DNA of 64,000 bases from Octopus vulgaris (GCA_951406725.2 OX597836.1:50220001-50284000); one strand, 5' to 3'; positions 15,563 to 31,214 are shown, counted from the stretch's first letter. The notes: a model not told the origin generated them from the sequence alone. Translations and numbers: made by a program.

Positions 15563-16406
15563 CAGGATGCAGGAAATAAACTGTCATCAAAATTACGCAA
15601 AAATGAAAATAACACTGACATCTCATTTGAAAAGATATATTTACCAAAATTGCACTAGAATATCTTGAAATACTAAAGAGTAAATTTATTCAATAAAATC
15701 TCCATTCCCTTCAATTATGGTCTCCAGATGACTTCGGGATCTCCTGCAGCACTTCTGGACAGACTCCTTGTTTAAGTAGGCGAGTGCTGCCTTCAGTTCA
15801 TCTTTGGTGTGACAAGGAGTTTTATTGATTTATTGCTCAACTGCACCCCACACATAATAATCAAGGGAGTCGCAGTCTGGTGAGTTAGGTAACCAGATGT
15901 TAGGGGTGATGTGGTCACAGAAATTGTCTGACGGCCATGACTGGGTTCTCCTGCTTATGTGGCATGGTGCAGAGTTAGGGTCTTCCAGCAGCCACCCTCT
16001 GGACCCAGGGCTGCACTACCTTCTCCAGGAACTTAAGGTAGGCCTCAGTGTTGAGTCTGAAGCCGTGTGGGAAGACGAGTGGAGACATAGCATCACCATC
16101 ACAGGTGCTCACTCCAAACACCATGCTGTTGACTGGATGTTTGATTTTTATCACTCTCAGTACATGTCCTCAGAGTCACACCCAAACATTCTGAAATGTT
16201 CATATTGGAGCTTCCGGCATGAATGCCAAGCAGTACAGCATGTTATTTCGAAATTTCTGACAGAGTGAATTGCATCATGCTGCTGTTTTTCTCACAGACG
16301 GTGCCCAACTGACCCTACTATACTGTGTAGTCAATATCAAAAACAAACAATGCGCATGCATGAAATTAAACATATAAGGTGGTGACAATTTACCCATGAC
16401 ACCCTG
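15563..16406 (-). mobile_element. Internally deleted Tc1/mariner-superfamily (maT/DD37D-like) element
   Basis: Degenerate CAGG(G/A)TG...TAAA(T/C)TGTCA TIRs with TA flanks. Minus-strand remnants resemble PWVQRVAAGRP and ITPNIWxPNSPDCxxLDYYVWG. Confidence 0.7.
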
Positions 16407-17439
16407 TATATATGTATATATATATATGTATGTGTGTATGTGTGAGTGTATATATATATAGAGAGAGAGAGAGGGGAAGGAGAGAGACTGACAGACAGAC
16501 AAACAGGGAAATACACACACACACACACACATATATATACACTCACACACGTATATATACATACACACACACATATACATAACATATATACATACACACA
16601 CATACATAGTTATGGCCATCGTTCAGAAATGAGTGTGACTTTGTAGTCCACAGCAGACGTCCACAACTTCTTCCTGGGTGTCAATAGAGGGACGAGTGAG
16701 GCACAGGTGTGACACTCTCTCATGCTCGGCCCAAATGAATACCTTGGATGTGACTCCGAGAGTGAGAGGTGACCGTCCCAGCCTGGAACATCCTGAAATA
16801 ACATGCCTGGTCTGGGACTGAAACCCATAACATTAGGATTGTGAGTCCAGAACTATAACCATCAAGCTATCCGCCATCACGCACACACACACGCATGCAC
16901 ACGTACACATATGAAAAGAGGTTCAAAGGTCCTTTGTGAGAGGTTCATGTGACCAGTTTCTCAGATTCTGTGGCAGATCTAATCCTGCCCAGGTCAGGAT
17001 GCTGGACCATCATGGGGTCACACATTTTTGTCAGCTGAATGGAATGTAGCAACATGAAATGGAGTGTCTTGCTCAAGAACACAGTGTATTGCCTGGCCCA
17101 GGAAATGAAACCACAACCACGAGGGCAACACCTCAACCATTGAGGCAAGTACATTCAAACTCACTTACATACACACATACATGCATGCAAGCATACATAC
17201 ATACATCCATACATATGTACATACATACATGCATGCATGCATACATATACTTACATAATACACACACATACACACATACATGCATACATACATTCCTCTA
17301 ATATATACCTGCTAACGTGGAGGCCTAATACAGATCCTTAGATCCACCCTCAGCCATGGACTTGGGACCTAACAGATGACTGATTATAACACTTACTCAG
17401 TCTACCTATTCATTTAGATCACAAGTGAGCTAAACCCCC

Positions 17440-17735
17440 TCATATTCTACGGCACAATTATTTCACCTCAATTGGCCCCGCTCTCTTTAACATTACACCA
17501 AAACACATTAAAACAGAAACTGACCCTATAGGGTTCAAGAAGTCTTTGGACAGATTCCTTCAAGAAATCCCGGATAAACCCCCTACACCCGGATATGTCT
17601 CTGTAAACAATAACTCTCTACTTGAGTGGGCCATAGTGCCCAAATTCTGACTTGAAAGACTTCACCAGGTGGTGCTATTAAGTTAGACATGGCCTGGGCC
17701 AATAATGGCCGAAACCTATCAAAGTATCAAAGTAT
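17440..17735 (+). mobile_element. 3' end of a CR1/L2-group LINE
   Basis: NYFTSIGPALFNITPKHIK...FKKSLDRFLQEIPDKPPTPGY...NNSLLEW*, followed by a 3' stem-loop and a short tandem tail (AAAGTATC)2. Confidence 0.8.
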
Positions 17736-17755
17736 ATATATGTATGTATATATAC

Positions 17756-17814
<59 letters not shown>

Positions 17815-17912
17815 ACGGGAAGCTTTATGAAAATAAACAAAAGACGAAGGCAGGTGGAAAACAAACGAACAATTGTATTAGTATGGCGCTCAGGAAATAT
17901 AAATAAAACAAG

Positions 17913-17950
17913 TCTTTAACGTTTCGAGCCTACGCTCTTCAACAGAAAGA
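17913..17950 (-). ncRNA. Minimal hammerhead-like motif with variant core (CUGUUGA)
   Basis: UCUUU CUGUUGA A GAGC-GUAG-GCUC GAAA CGU U AAAGA. The helices are perfect, but core A6 is U. Confidence 0.5.
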
Positions 17951-18031
17951 TACACAGAGAGAAAAAAAACACAGAAAGAAGGAGAGAAAAAAATGCGTGA
18001 TATACATATATATACTGTATATATACTGTAC

Positions 18032-18062
<31 letters not shown>

Positions 18063-18126
18063 TGTATATATTTATATATATACTCTATATATATATATAT
18101 CAACACACACACAGCCATGTGTAATG

Positions 18127-18164
<38 letters not shown>

Positions 18165-18673
18165 TATTTGTATATACATGCATATATAGTTGCATGAATA
18201 AAATGCAAGACATGACTACATTGTGCAGTTTCTTTATATTTAGCAGCCAACATGTCTGTGGCGTGTAACCAGGGAGACGTTCTTCCCAGGAATCTGTTTC
18301 CAAATGGAATTGGAACCATAAGAATTTTGAACTCAAAGGTTATATGTGATCCCCTTTAAAAGTTATTTTAAGACTATTTGTGTGTCTGTGGTCATGGTGA
18401 TGCACTCTCAATCACAAGGTCGTGGTTTCAATTCCCAGATCGGTCGTGTCTTGCATTCTTGAGCAAAACACTTCATTCCACGTTACTGCAGTCTACTGGA
18501 CCCGTAAATGGGTCACTTTGTGACAGACTGGCATACAGGGGTGAAATGGTTACCCAGTTAAAGGTCTTGCAAGCTACATTCTGTATTCAGGGGTCAAATC
18601 CAGACTGGTTGGATTAGTGATTCAACTACATCCAAGGATGGTGATGATGATGATGATGATGATTATGGCAAGG

Positions 18674-19048
18674 ACATGCTGGAGCACCGCCTTTTTTAGT
18701 CGAGCAAATCGACACCAGGACTTATTCTTTTGTAAGCCTAGTACTTATTCTATCGGTCTCTTTTGCCAAACTGCTAAGTAACGGGGATGTAAACACACCA
18801 GCATCGGTTGTCAAGCGATGTTGGGGGGACAAACACATACACACAACCACACACACACACACACATATATATATATACATATATACAACGGGCTTCTTTC
18901 AGTTTCCGCCTACCAAATCCACTCACAAGGCTTTGGTCGGCCCGAGGCTATAGTAGAAGATACTTGCCCAAGGTGCCACACAGTGGAACTGAACCCGGAA
19001 CCGTGTGGTTGGTAAGCAAGTTTCTTACCACTCAGCCACTCCTGCGCC
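18674..19048 (-). mobile_element. SINE family A
   Basis: Reverse-complement match. Confidence 0.85.
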
Positions 19049-19449
19049 TATATGTATTATTTAAAACGGTTTGATTTGGTTTCATGCTGCTTCCCGTTTT
19101 GCAGGCACTTAGCAAGAGCCTGAGTTCTTCAGGCTTTACTTGAAGGAGTTGGGCTTCGAATCACTGTTTTAAATGATATTAAATATATATTTTATTAATA
19201 TTTGGCAGAAGTAACAGACTGGAAGGCCGAGAGATCAATACCTTAATTCATATTTTCCAAATAGCTTACCGCTATTCATATTTGGAAAGTAAGAATTATC
19301 CACATGACATTGTAATTGTTTCTATAATTTGTTCCAGAACTATCCAGGGGAAGTCTATTATCACTGGTAAATAAACTCACAACTCTTCAATCTGTAATTA
19401 GTTTGGTAAGTGATAACACACAAAACTTTTGGAGCTTCAGTCACTCTGT

Positions 19450-19495
<46 letters not shown>

Positions 19496-19562
19496 ACTGG
19501 GGTAAGCACATAAATGTGAAAGAAGGTGGAAAAAAGAGTACTCAAATACCAGAGGTAGAGTA

Positions 19563-19738
19563 ATATGCTTTATTTAAAAGCAGCAGAAATATCCCAAAAG
19601 CTGTTACTCAGAGTTTCATGTTCCTGTTTGTTGGACAGTTTTGTTAGAATTCTAACAAAACTGTCTGACAAATGGGAATGTGAAACTCTGAGTAACAGTT
19701 TTTTGTGGAAATTTCTGCTGCTTTTAAATAAAGTATAT
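19563..19738. repeat. Spacerless imperfect palindrome (~87-bp arms), each arm holding a decayed hammerhead
   Basis: Centre TTGTTAGAA|TTCTAACAA at 19649/19650. The ORF track shows near-identical peptides on both strands. Confidence 0.9.
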
Positions 19739-20813
19739 ATATATATGTATATATATTGGTACAACAATGCACCAATATTTACTGGAAATAGCAGTCAGTA
19801 ATATACGACGCTATAGTAAAGCTTGACTGTGTGTATATATATATATATATAAATATATATACTGGCAAAGATGTTTGTAAGTGGGAACATGAAAAATTTC
19901 ATCTTACCTGTGACCCAGATGTGGATAATCTAGGACATAGGTTTTGAACTTTCCAAATTACATTTGTTAATGTCAATTTGATCATTTCTCTTTGGCTAGG
20001 TTCACCTCGACAAAATCTCAAATGTTGCTATAATTGATGCCAATATTTACTCATCTGAATGCTTGGCCATTAACAGACTGAGAACAGTGAAAAAGTTCTC
20101 AAACAAAAGATTATTAAATAGTCGTAATTTACTGACTGCAAATATATTCTTTCCTGTAAATATTGGTGCCTTGTTGTACCCCTGTCCTACATTTATACTT
20201 TAACCTGATGGTGCTTTGTGTTACTGGGAAGCAATACTACTGTATTGCATTATTTAATCATTTTTTTTCTGTTATATATATGTATCTATATTATCATCAT
20301 CATAACCATCATCATTTAATGTCTGTTTTCCATTCTAGCATGGATGATTTGACACAGGAGCTGGCCAACTGAAGAACCGCCCAGGCTCCATGTCTATTTT
20401 GGCAGGGTTTCTACGGCTGGATGCTCTTCCTAACACTAACCCCTTTAGAGTGCTTTTCCATGGTGCTTTTTATGTGCCACCAGCACCCATGAGCCTGCAA
20501 GATTAGGGATGCAAGGGACACGACCGGATGCAAGGGACACGACCGGATGCAAGAGGAACCATGATTTTACTCAACATAATGTGTCTGCCCAAACACAGCA
20601 AACCACCAGGGGACTCGGCCGTCAGTTATCCCCTCTGTGAGGCACAATGTCTGAAGGTCCCTTCTCATCCCTTTGTCCCATGTCTTCCTGGGTCTACCCC
20701 TTCTACATGTTCCTTGTCATAAAGTTGAGAGCAAATGAAAGAGGCATTTTTGGAAAGCCAACAGAAGCTTAACTTCCTTGGATCTGTGAGAAGATCAACT
20801 GCAGTCACTACAT

Positions 20814-20814
<1 letters not shown>

Positions 20815-20907
<93 letters not shown>

Positions 20908-20925
20908 ACGCACACACACACACGC

Positions 20926-20964
<39 letters not shown>

Positions 20965-21013
20965 CACACACGCACACGCACACACACACACGCACACGCA
21001 CACACACACACGC

Positions 21014-21069
<56 letters not shown>
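20815..21069. repeat. (CA)n microsatellite with CACG variants
   Basis: Direct inspection. Confidence 0.98.
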
Positions 21070-21072
<3 letters not shown>

Positions 21073-21354
21073 TGCATGCACTGTGAGTATTTATGTATAT
21101 ATGTGGGTGTAGTTAAGAAGTTTGCTTCCTGACCATGTGTATTTGGGTTCAGTCCTGCTGCACAGCTCTATGAGCAAATACCTTCTACTCTGGCTCTGGA
21201 CATGGGAGTGGATTTGGTAGATGGAAACTGAAAGAAACCCATGAAACATATGTTTATGTATATGTATATATACATATATATATATACATATATATACATA
21301 CATATATACATATATATATTCATATATATACATACATATATATATATATATATT

Positions 21355-21386
<32 letters not shown>

Positions 21387-21402
21387 TGTATGTATGTATG
21401 TA

Positions 21403-21436
<34 letters not shown>

Positions 21437-21759
21437 TGTGTGTGTGTTACTGCTTCCTTGCTTTGACCTCAAAGGACTGTCGTAAACGAGAGTCCCTGTC
21501 ATGCCAGCAATGTCGTTGATTTCTAATCTTCTGCTGAAACATCCTGTCTGGCCACAAGGAAACATGACTTGACTTGGAAACAGATGAGGAACAACATCCG
21601 ATCGTGGAAAATCCACCTCAACGAATTTCATTTGATCAATGCAAGAATTGGGAAGGAGACATTAAAACAATGATGACGACGATGACAATGATGATGCTTA
21701 TGGGCCTTGAGAAGACTGGAAAGAATTGAAGTTAACATGTTGTGCTGGATGATCATGGA

Positions 21760-22085
21760 TGGCCAACCAGAAATGGAGTGAAAGAAAACCTGGGATTAAA
21801 AAGAATCAGATGTTGCGTGCAAGAAAGAAAATTGTTCTGGTATGGGCAAGGGATGAGCATAGATGTGGACAGGTGAGTAAGGCTGAGTAAGGGATGAGCA
21901 TAGATGTGGACAGGTGTATAAAGAAAAACTAATCAATTAATATGGATGGAGCTTGTAGAAGAGGGAAAGCCAAGGAAACATGGGATGATGTAATGAAGGC
22001 CGATCACAGAACCTTCAACCACAAAGAGGAGATGATAAAGGAATGGGATGCTGGATGGTATGTGGTTCTTGCAAAGACTTGTCCC
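21760..22085 (+). mobile_element. Degraded RTE-clade LINE 3' fragment
   Basis: Remnants such as LFWYG and MDGACRRGKAKETWDDVMKAD resemble the RTE GRPRKTW motif. Confidence 0.6.
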
Positions 22086-23203
22086 ACTTCTGGAATGTGC
22101 ACAACTTCCTTACCACCACCACCACCACCTCCACCTCCGTCACCCAATTTCCTTGTTATGACATTTCCATCATCCATTATCTCCCTAACTGTTCTATAAT
22201 TAATAATTAAATGTGAGCTGAGCTGTGCATTTCACCAACTTTTCCCTGACACCTGGAACCATTTCTTCTCTTGTCCCTCTTTCATTCTTAAGACTGCCCT
22301 CTCCACCCACATTTTCCATTGATCTACCTCCTCAGCAACCAAATTATCTCTCCTCCACCACAACCATAAATCTCACCTTCATTTCATTCTCTGCATCTGC
22401 TCCACACTCTTACAACCTACCCAACCATATTTCATCTCTTCTTCTCTCTTCCACACTCTCTCTCTCTCTTCCTCTTCCTCTCACTCCCTCCCTCCCCTTC
22501 TCCCATCTTTTCACATTCTTCCTTTATCTTCATCATCATCATTATTATTATTATTACTATTTTGCTGCTCTTCCTCCACCGCTCACCACTCTTTCTGCTA
22601 TCAGTCATCTCTTCTCCAACTCATGTAACATTGGATGGACATCCACTGCTCCTCCTAATTTCTACAGTTGTCACCTACTCTCCCCCATACCTACCCCACT
22701 CCTCATCCCTACACATTCAACATTTGTTCCTCCTTATATTCATCCCGTCACTCATTTCCCATCACCAACATCTCTCACTCTTCCCTACTCTTCCAGTCAC
22801 ACTTCATGTTCTCCTGTCCCCTCTTACTTCTCTTCCCCTCACCCCTTGCCTCATTTCCGCCATTTTTATCTCTCCTTCCAGTTCCACCCTTTCTTCTATA
22901 ATGGGATGACCTACACAGCCCCTCAACAGCAACAAACCTGTTCTGTTCAGGCCTCTCCTCTCACATCCGAACGGCTCATTCCATAGCCTAAAACCACCTC
23001 CTTCTCTACTCCAGCCCCACTCAATCAGAGACTCACAGGCAGCATGCTGACCTCAATAGTGCTGGTGCCACATAAAAAGCACCTAGTACACTTTGTTTAG
23101 TGGTTGGCTTTTTGAATGGCATCCAGATGTGGAAGCCATACCAAACACTGGACTTTGGTGCAGTCTTCAGACACCTTTCAAACTGGAAAACCCTTGAACT
23201 TCA

Positions 23204-23241
<38 letters not shown>

Positions 23242-23275
23242 TGATGATGATAATAATAGCACTGCTCTCTCACTC

Positions 23276-23307
<32 letters not shown>

Positions 23308-23535
23308 TGATGATAATAGTCCTTTCTATTGAAGGCACAAGGCCTGAAATTTTGGGGGAAGCGGGACAGTTGATTACATCGACCCTTAGTGTTTCACTGG
23401 TACCTAATTTATCAATCCAAGAAGGATAATGGCTAAGTCAACTTCAGTGGAACTTGAACTCAGAACATAAAACCAGACAAAATACCACTAAGCATTTTGC
23501 CTGCGATGCTAATCATTCAGCCAGCTTACTGCCTC

Positions 23536-24369
<834 letters not shown>

Positions 24370-24950
24370 GTAAGTTGGAACTTACATACATTGGAAGCTA
24401 TGCCAACATTATGGAATAACAACAGAAAAAAGATGGTATAGGCACACACCAGAAAAGGTCACAGAAAACGAGAAAGCAACCATACTCTGGGATATGCCGA
24501 TACACACAGATAGAGAAATTAAGGCCAACAGACCAGATATAGTTGTCAGAGACCATGAAGAAAAAAAATGCTTTCTAATTGATGTATCAGTACCGGCAGA
24601 TGACAACGTGTCTCTAAAAGAAATGGAGAAACTCTCAAAATACAAAGACCTGGAAATAGAGGTAACTAGAATGTGGAATCTGAAAACAGAAACAATTCCT
24701 ATCATAGTAGGTGCATTAGGCATGATAAAAAAATATTCAGACAAATACATAACAAAAACACCAGGACTTACAAACACATATAACATACAGAAAATTGCAC
24801 TACTAGGCACTGCACACATCCTACACAGAACACTTTCCATACAATAACCATCAGAGCATCACAACAAATCACAGCACATACCCAAGGCACACAGAGCTGC
24901 GCTCGGTAGTGAAGTGAAAGCACGCTATAAAAATAAAAATAAAAGTACTG
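24370..24950 (+). mobile_element. 3' end of an R4/Dong-clade non-LTR retrotransposon (restriction-like endonuclease) inserted in (TAA)n
   Basis: Open frame VGTYIHWKLCQHYG...ILWDMPIHTDREIKANRPDIVV...LIDVSVP...EKLSKYKDL...PIIVGALG, a PD-(D/E)xK RLE. Short 3'UTR, with (TAA)n on both sides. Confidence 0.9.
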
Positions 24951-24986
24951 AATAATAATAATAATAATAATAATGATAATAATAAT

Positions 24987-25045
<59 letters not shown>

Positions 25046-25950
25046 TAATAATGATAATAATAATGATGATAATGATGATAATGATGATAATGATGATAAT
25101 GATGATTTCTAACATTGGCACAAAGCTACAACATCGTTTGGGGACAGAAAACTGTTGTTTTCTCTACTTGGCTAGTTCTTTGTTTTACACATCTAAAAGG
25201 ACCCTAGTTAAAGTCAATCCCAACCTGGGGGGACACCAGCAATCATAATAATAGTTTCAAATCTTGGCAGAGGACCACCAATTTCAGGGAGGGGTTAAGC
25301 TGACTACATCAACCCCAGGGCTTAACTGGCACTTATTTTATTGACCCCCAAAAGGATGAAAGACAAAGTCAACCTCAGTGGAATTTGAACTCAGACCATA
25401 AAAATGGATGAAATACCACAAAACATTTATACCTGGCATGCGACTGATTCTGCCAGCGCCCTCTACCTTTCCGAAAAAAAAGAACTCATAACATTAGAAT
25501 AGATGAAGGGAAACAAATAACGAGGATGGTGATGATGATGATGATGATGATGATGATGACAAAGATTATAAAGAGAATGAAGGTGGTGGTGGTGGTGGTG
25601 GTGGTGGTGGTGGTGGTGCCACGGCTACACGTGCTTCAGTTATGAATTAAAGCTACAGAGACAAAAACCAAAAGCATACCCCCCACCCCAAGTATACAGG
25701 TTATGTGTGTATGCATACATAGTGTATATATGTGTGTGTGTGTGTGTGAGTGTATGTGTGTTATGTATGTATGCATATGCATATATATATATATGTTTTA
25801 TATATATATACACACACACACACATATATATTAATAAGTATATGTATATGAATCTATGTGTATACATATTCATACATATGTGTACATATGTATGTTTATA
25901 TGTTTATATGTATGTGTGTATATATGTATGTATATGCATGTATATGTATG

Positions 25951-25954
<4 letters not shown>

Positions 25955-26010
<56 letters not shown>

Positions 26011-26181
26011 CATAGATACATAAACAGATAGATAGATAGATAGAGAGAGAGATAGATAGATAGATAGATAGAGAAATAGATAGATAGATACATACATACA
26101 TACATACATACATACATACATACATAGATAGGTAGGTAGCTAGATAGATAGATAGAGAGATAGATAGAGAGATAGATAGAG

Positions 26182-26240
<59 letters not shown>

Positions 26241-26255
26241 GATAGAGAGATAGAG

Positions 26256-26314
<59 letters not shown>

Positions 26315-26315
26315 C
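25955..26315. repeat. Compound (TA)/(TACA)/(GATA) microsatellite
   Basis: Direct inspection. Confidence 0.95.
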
Positions 26316-28463
26316 ATGCATTTGATGTGTGTATCTCCCAAATGTGTGTAATAGACAAAAGCAGAAGTGAGTTGGTCCAAAGTGAAGTTAACAAAAAATC
26401 GTCAGAAGAACAAAGAAGAAGGAAGAAGAATGAAGAAGTCACAGATACCTGATAAGATGTAACCTTTCCTTTTTCTGGCAGGTGAGAAAATAACTTTCAC
26501 TTTACCACCTTCTCTTCATCTTCCTCCACCTGCTCCTCTTCCTTCACCTCACTCAACTCCTCTAATACTACTACTCATCCCACTATTGACTCTACCTCCT
26601 CTTCCTCCCACTCATACGGCTCTTGGTTTTTTTTGCATCCTATTTATCTTTCTCTCTTTCTCTCTTTCTTTTTGCTTGTCTTCTCTCTCCCCCTCCCTCT
26701 CTCTCTCTCTTTCTCTCACCGTACTCTTTTATGTTCTCCTCTCACTACCTCCTGGATGTTCCACTCCTTTCCTCTTTCTTCATCTGCCTCTCCCTCTCTT
26801 TCTATCTCTCACCTGTTTCTCTTTACTTTTTCACTCTCCCCCCTCCCCCCCTCTCTCTCTGCTTCTTTGTTTTCTTCTTTCTTTTCTCTCACCATTATTT
26901 TCATGACTTGGCAGCCAGAGGCAGAAAAGCTGTGTTCAGGGACTTTAACCTTTACAGAACTTCTGCAACAGTGGGGGGGGGGGTAAAAACACTCCCGCCA
27001 CCCACCCCACCACTCACTTCCTCAACAAGGGGTACATTGAGATACAGAGTGGACTGTGTTAAAGCCACCTGTGAACCAGGGGTGTGGTCTTGTTAGCAGC
27101 ATTATAGGTCCCCTCGCCAAACTCCTACATTGGACCCTATAGTAATTATTTTATTGACCCAGAGAAGATGAAATGCAAAGCCAACCTTGGCACAATTTGA
27201 ACTCAGAATGTGAAGACAGGGGAAACGCTGTAAACGTTTCTGCCATCTTGTTGGCCGTTGTTTTTATTGTCAGGAAGCTGCAGCATAGAGGGATCAGGGT
27301 TTGGACCCTAGACCTGTGATGTCCCCTGGGCCCTAAGACAACCCTCACCATAGGACTAGATGGTAGTGTTAAACAAGGTGCATGGCTAAGTGGTTAGGGG
27401 TGTTCACCTCATGATCTTAACGTTATGAGTTCAATACCCAGCTGTGCCTTGTGTGCTTGAGCAAGTTACTTTATTTCTTGTAGCCCCAGGCCACTCAGCT
27501 GGCAAAAATGAGTTATACCTGTAATTCAAACGGGGCCAGACTTGTCACATTCTGTATCATGTGGAATCTCCCTGGGGTCTACTTTAAGGGTACACATGTT
27601 TATGGAGCACTCAGCCACTTGCACGTGAATTTCATGAGGAGGCTGTTCCGTTGATTGGATCAAAACTGACTGAGGATCAGCGTTTTTGTTTTTTTAAAGG
27701 GAGCAATGAATGCAGTCCCCCACACAGCAACATGTATCGACCATCCAACAAGCTTCCTTACAATCTCCATTGGTTCCATTTCCAGTCATAATTTCTCTGC
27801 AAACCTCACTTTATGCTTAAAACACAAATTCTCCAAATGCACTTCAACTGCACTTGAACTCAGACCCGTGTGATTAGGAATGAATTAACTAACCACGTGA
27901 CTATATACCTCCTTCCCTCTCCTTTAACTTCTTTCTTCTTCTTCTTCTTCTTCTTCTTCTTCTTCTGTGGTCGCTACTTATTTACTATTTAACCTCTAAC
28001 TCCCACTCCCTCCCTCTCCCCTCCTCCCCCATTTCCTCCTCTTTTTCTCCTCCCACTCTTCCTCCTCTATTTCTTGTTCCCCTCTTTCTTTCTCTTTTAC
28101 ATCCTTCTTACTCATCTCTCTTTCTTTTCTTCATTCTTTTTCTTCCTTATCCTTCACTCTTCCCCACCCTCCTCCTTTTGCAATTTCTTTTCTTTCTCTT
28201 CTCCTTCAAATTCTTTCTCTTTCTCTTCCTTATCTTTCCTCTTTTCCTTCTTCCAATTTTTCGCAACACTCCCCCCCCTTGCTCTTCTCTTCCTCCTCCC
28301 TCCTCCCTCCCTTATCCATCTCTCCCCAGTGAATTTTCCATCATTTAACCGGAAGCAATGGAATTATTATCTCCATGTGTGAGATCAGGGACAAACCACT
28401 CATTTTTGTCATTTGGGAATCAACACAGTGGAGATGGTGGCGGCGGCGGCGGTGGTGATAGCC

Positions 28464-28495
<32 letters not shown>

Positions 28496-28636
28496 ATTAA
28501 AAGTGGTTCTGTTGGTTGTGGTGGGGCAGCAGTGGTTGTAGAGATGGTGGTGGTGGTGGTGGTATTAAGAGTGCAAACTAAAGTGGAAGGTGAAGGGGGG
28601 AAACAGGTGTGTGTGGGTGGGCGTCTGTCTGTATAG

Positions 28637-28674
<38 letters not shown>

Positions 28675-28761
28675 TTGTTTTCATATGTATACAGTGTGTA
28701 TTTATATGTATGCGAGTGTTTGTATCTGTGAGTGTATGCTGCTTGTTGGCTTCTATATCTC

Positions 28762-28831
<70 letters not shown>

Positions 28832-29580
28832 TTTATGCATGTATTTGTGCAGATGTGTGTGTGTGTGTCTATACGGATGTTTGTTTGTATGTTTATGTAT
28901 CTGTGTGTGTGTGTATGTACACGTATAATGTACACGTTTATATATGTGTGTGCTTGTATGTGTGTGTGTGTATACATGTTTATTTGTCTGCATGTGTAGT
29001 GGTGGTAGTGGTGGTGGTGGTGGTGGTGGTGGTGGTGGTGGTGGTGGTGGTGGTGGTGGTGGTGGTGGTGGTGGTGGTGGTGAGTTTTTTGATGTAATTT
29101 AAGGAAGCAAAGCCAGCAATGATAGCGACAGACACAGAAACCCGGCGCCATTGATACAGGGAGACAGAATTAGAAGCAGAACACGGTGAGACTGCAGTGC
29201 TGCAGGTTTTGCCAGCTGCACATTTTTTACTCTGTTGCAACAACAACTGCAACCAACTCCACCCGGTTCCACCTGGCTTCATTTGGGCCCCACCCTGATT
29301 CCCCTGCATTTTCAATTTTTCCACTGCCCCACGTTTTATGTCCCCCAACCAACCCCCAACCATTTCTCACTTCCACAACATAAACAATAACTTGTAGAAC
29401 TTCAAGTTTGCCCCATCCACAACCATCCCTGCTCGCTTTATCATCATGGACCATGGTCAGTGTATCACATGCTTTTAAAAATTAAGATTAATTAATGTCT
29501 ATCTATATGCAGAGGCATTATACACACATGCACACACACACAAACACATTTATATATATATATATGTATATATATGTTAG

Positions 29581-29648
<68 letters not shown>

Positions 29649-29659
29649 CATTACATACA

Positions 29660-30760
29660 GTGTCTGCTACATTAATTGCTGCCATTGAGAGGTTCACAAA
29701 GACCTGAGTCATAATTCTTACACTTAGAACAGACAGTGGAACAACCATCTCCAGTGCCATAGATATTTCAAAAGGAATATTCCAAGAAGATAGCCTTTCT
29801 GTAATCCTGTACATTTTGGCATTAAACTCATTATCATTCCTGCTGCAAAAGACATTCTAAGGTCTGTAACCCATAATTTCTTCGTGGATGGCCTCAAGAT
29901 TTATGCAAAAAATGTTAACAATGCCAAAAAAACAGCTGGAACTAATAACAACATTTTCAGCTGACATAGGAATGGAATTTGGCCAGAAGAAATGTTCTTA
30001 TTTAATTGTTGAATGGGGAAAGTCAGTCTCTTAGACCCCAAGCCTGGGCATCGGGGTCTTACTATCTCTCCTGCCCCACACAAAGAATGCTACAAGTACC
30101 TTGCCATCACTGAAAATATGTCATACCAAGGTACCGTGAATAAAAACAAAGGGACCCAAGAATATCACACCAGACGAAGAAAAATATGGCAAAGTCTGCC
30201 CTTACAACAAGACAATATCCCACAATGCAGTAGCAGTGCTGATTGCAACATTCGGCATACTTGACTGGTGTTCAAAGGAAATCCGCTCCACAGACATTAA
30301 AACCCACAAGATTCTAACAACAACTGGAAATCTCCACAAAAACAGTGAGATATCAACAGACTGAATCTAAGAAGAGAGAACCGAGGTAGGGGCCTAGGGG
30401 TCAGTGCTGACAGCCTTCCAATGTCGCATAGTCTTTCTCAGCAGCAAAAATAAATACATTAACTTAATGCTGAAAAGTGAAGAAAACATTATCCTAAATG
30501 TTGGAAGTGAACTCCTCAGGAAGTAATCCCTTCCTGATGAACTCCCATGCAACCCCAAATCATTTGGACTAGCATACCTCAAAGAAACGCTCAGCATACC
30601 AAAAACAATCATGCTTATGTATGTTTCCCCAAGACTTAAAGAAGAGAGTAACATTGAGATGAAGCGAAGTTTCTTTTGCACTTGTGACCTCTTACGTCAC
30701 ACTTCAAACGTTATGCATTTGCAACCCAAGATGAAGACCAACAAAAAAGACAATGAAGCC
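29660..30760 (+). mobile_element. Degraded R4/Dong-like RT fragment
   Basis: Broken frames read KGIFQEDSLSVILYILALNSLSFLL and FFVDGLKIYAKN...IGMEFGQKKC, similar to GIFQGDSLSP / YMDDLKLYAK. Confidence 0.7.
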
Positions 30761-31214
30761 CGTCACATGAAAACGTGGTGATTAGCAACAACAAGGGCAT
30801 CTGGCTGTAGAAAATCTGCCTCAACAAATCCCATTTGATACATGTAAGCCTGAAAAATAGACGATGGTTATGATGATGCTCTTCCAGTCACTAACCTTTA
30901 CCTGTTTTTCAAGTAAAGGATATCAATTTCACAGGTCTTTGGAGGCACAAAGCCAGGAGACAACCTGTTGACAGATAAAATGACAACAACATTGACGGGT
31001 TGTCCATACATCATTTGCTGGAGCTGAGCAATTTTGGCAGGAATATAAATATAAACAAACACACATGTCCACACATGTGTTCACACTGACACACACATGC
31101 ATACTTGTGAGTTTGTGTGTGTATGGATGTATAGCATATATACAGCTATAAATACACACACATATGTTATATATCATCATAACCAATATCATTAAAACAT
31201 ATAAAGTATTTATA

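Noticed and set aside
19900-20085. Exon-like segment with a strong minus-strand GTAAG donor at ~19905
   Set aside because: The frames I read contain stops, and it looks like decayed transposon sequence.
20508-20553. 19-bp direct repeat x2.5 resembling a CRISPR or regulatory array
   Set aside because: Simple tandem duplication without spacers in eukaryotic DNA.
22225-22986. 253-aa Ser/Pro/Leu-rich ORF (also 11781-12249)
   Set aside because: Pyrimidine-rich low-complexity DNA lacks stops by composition, and no recognisable domain is present.
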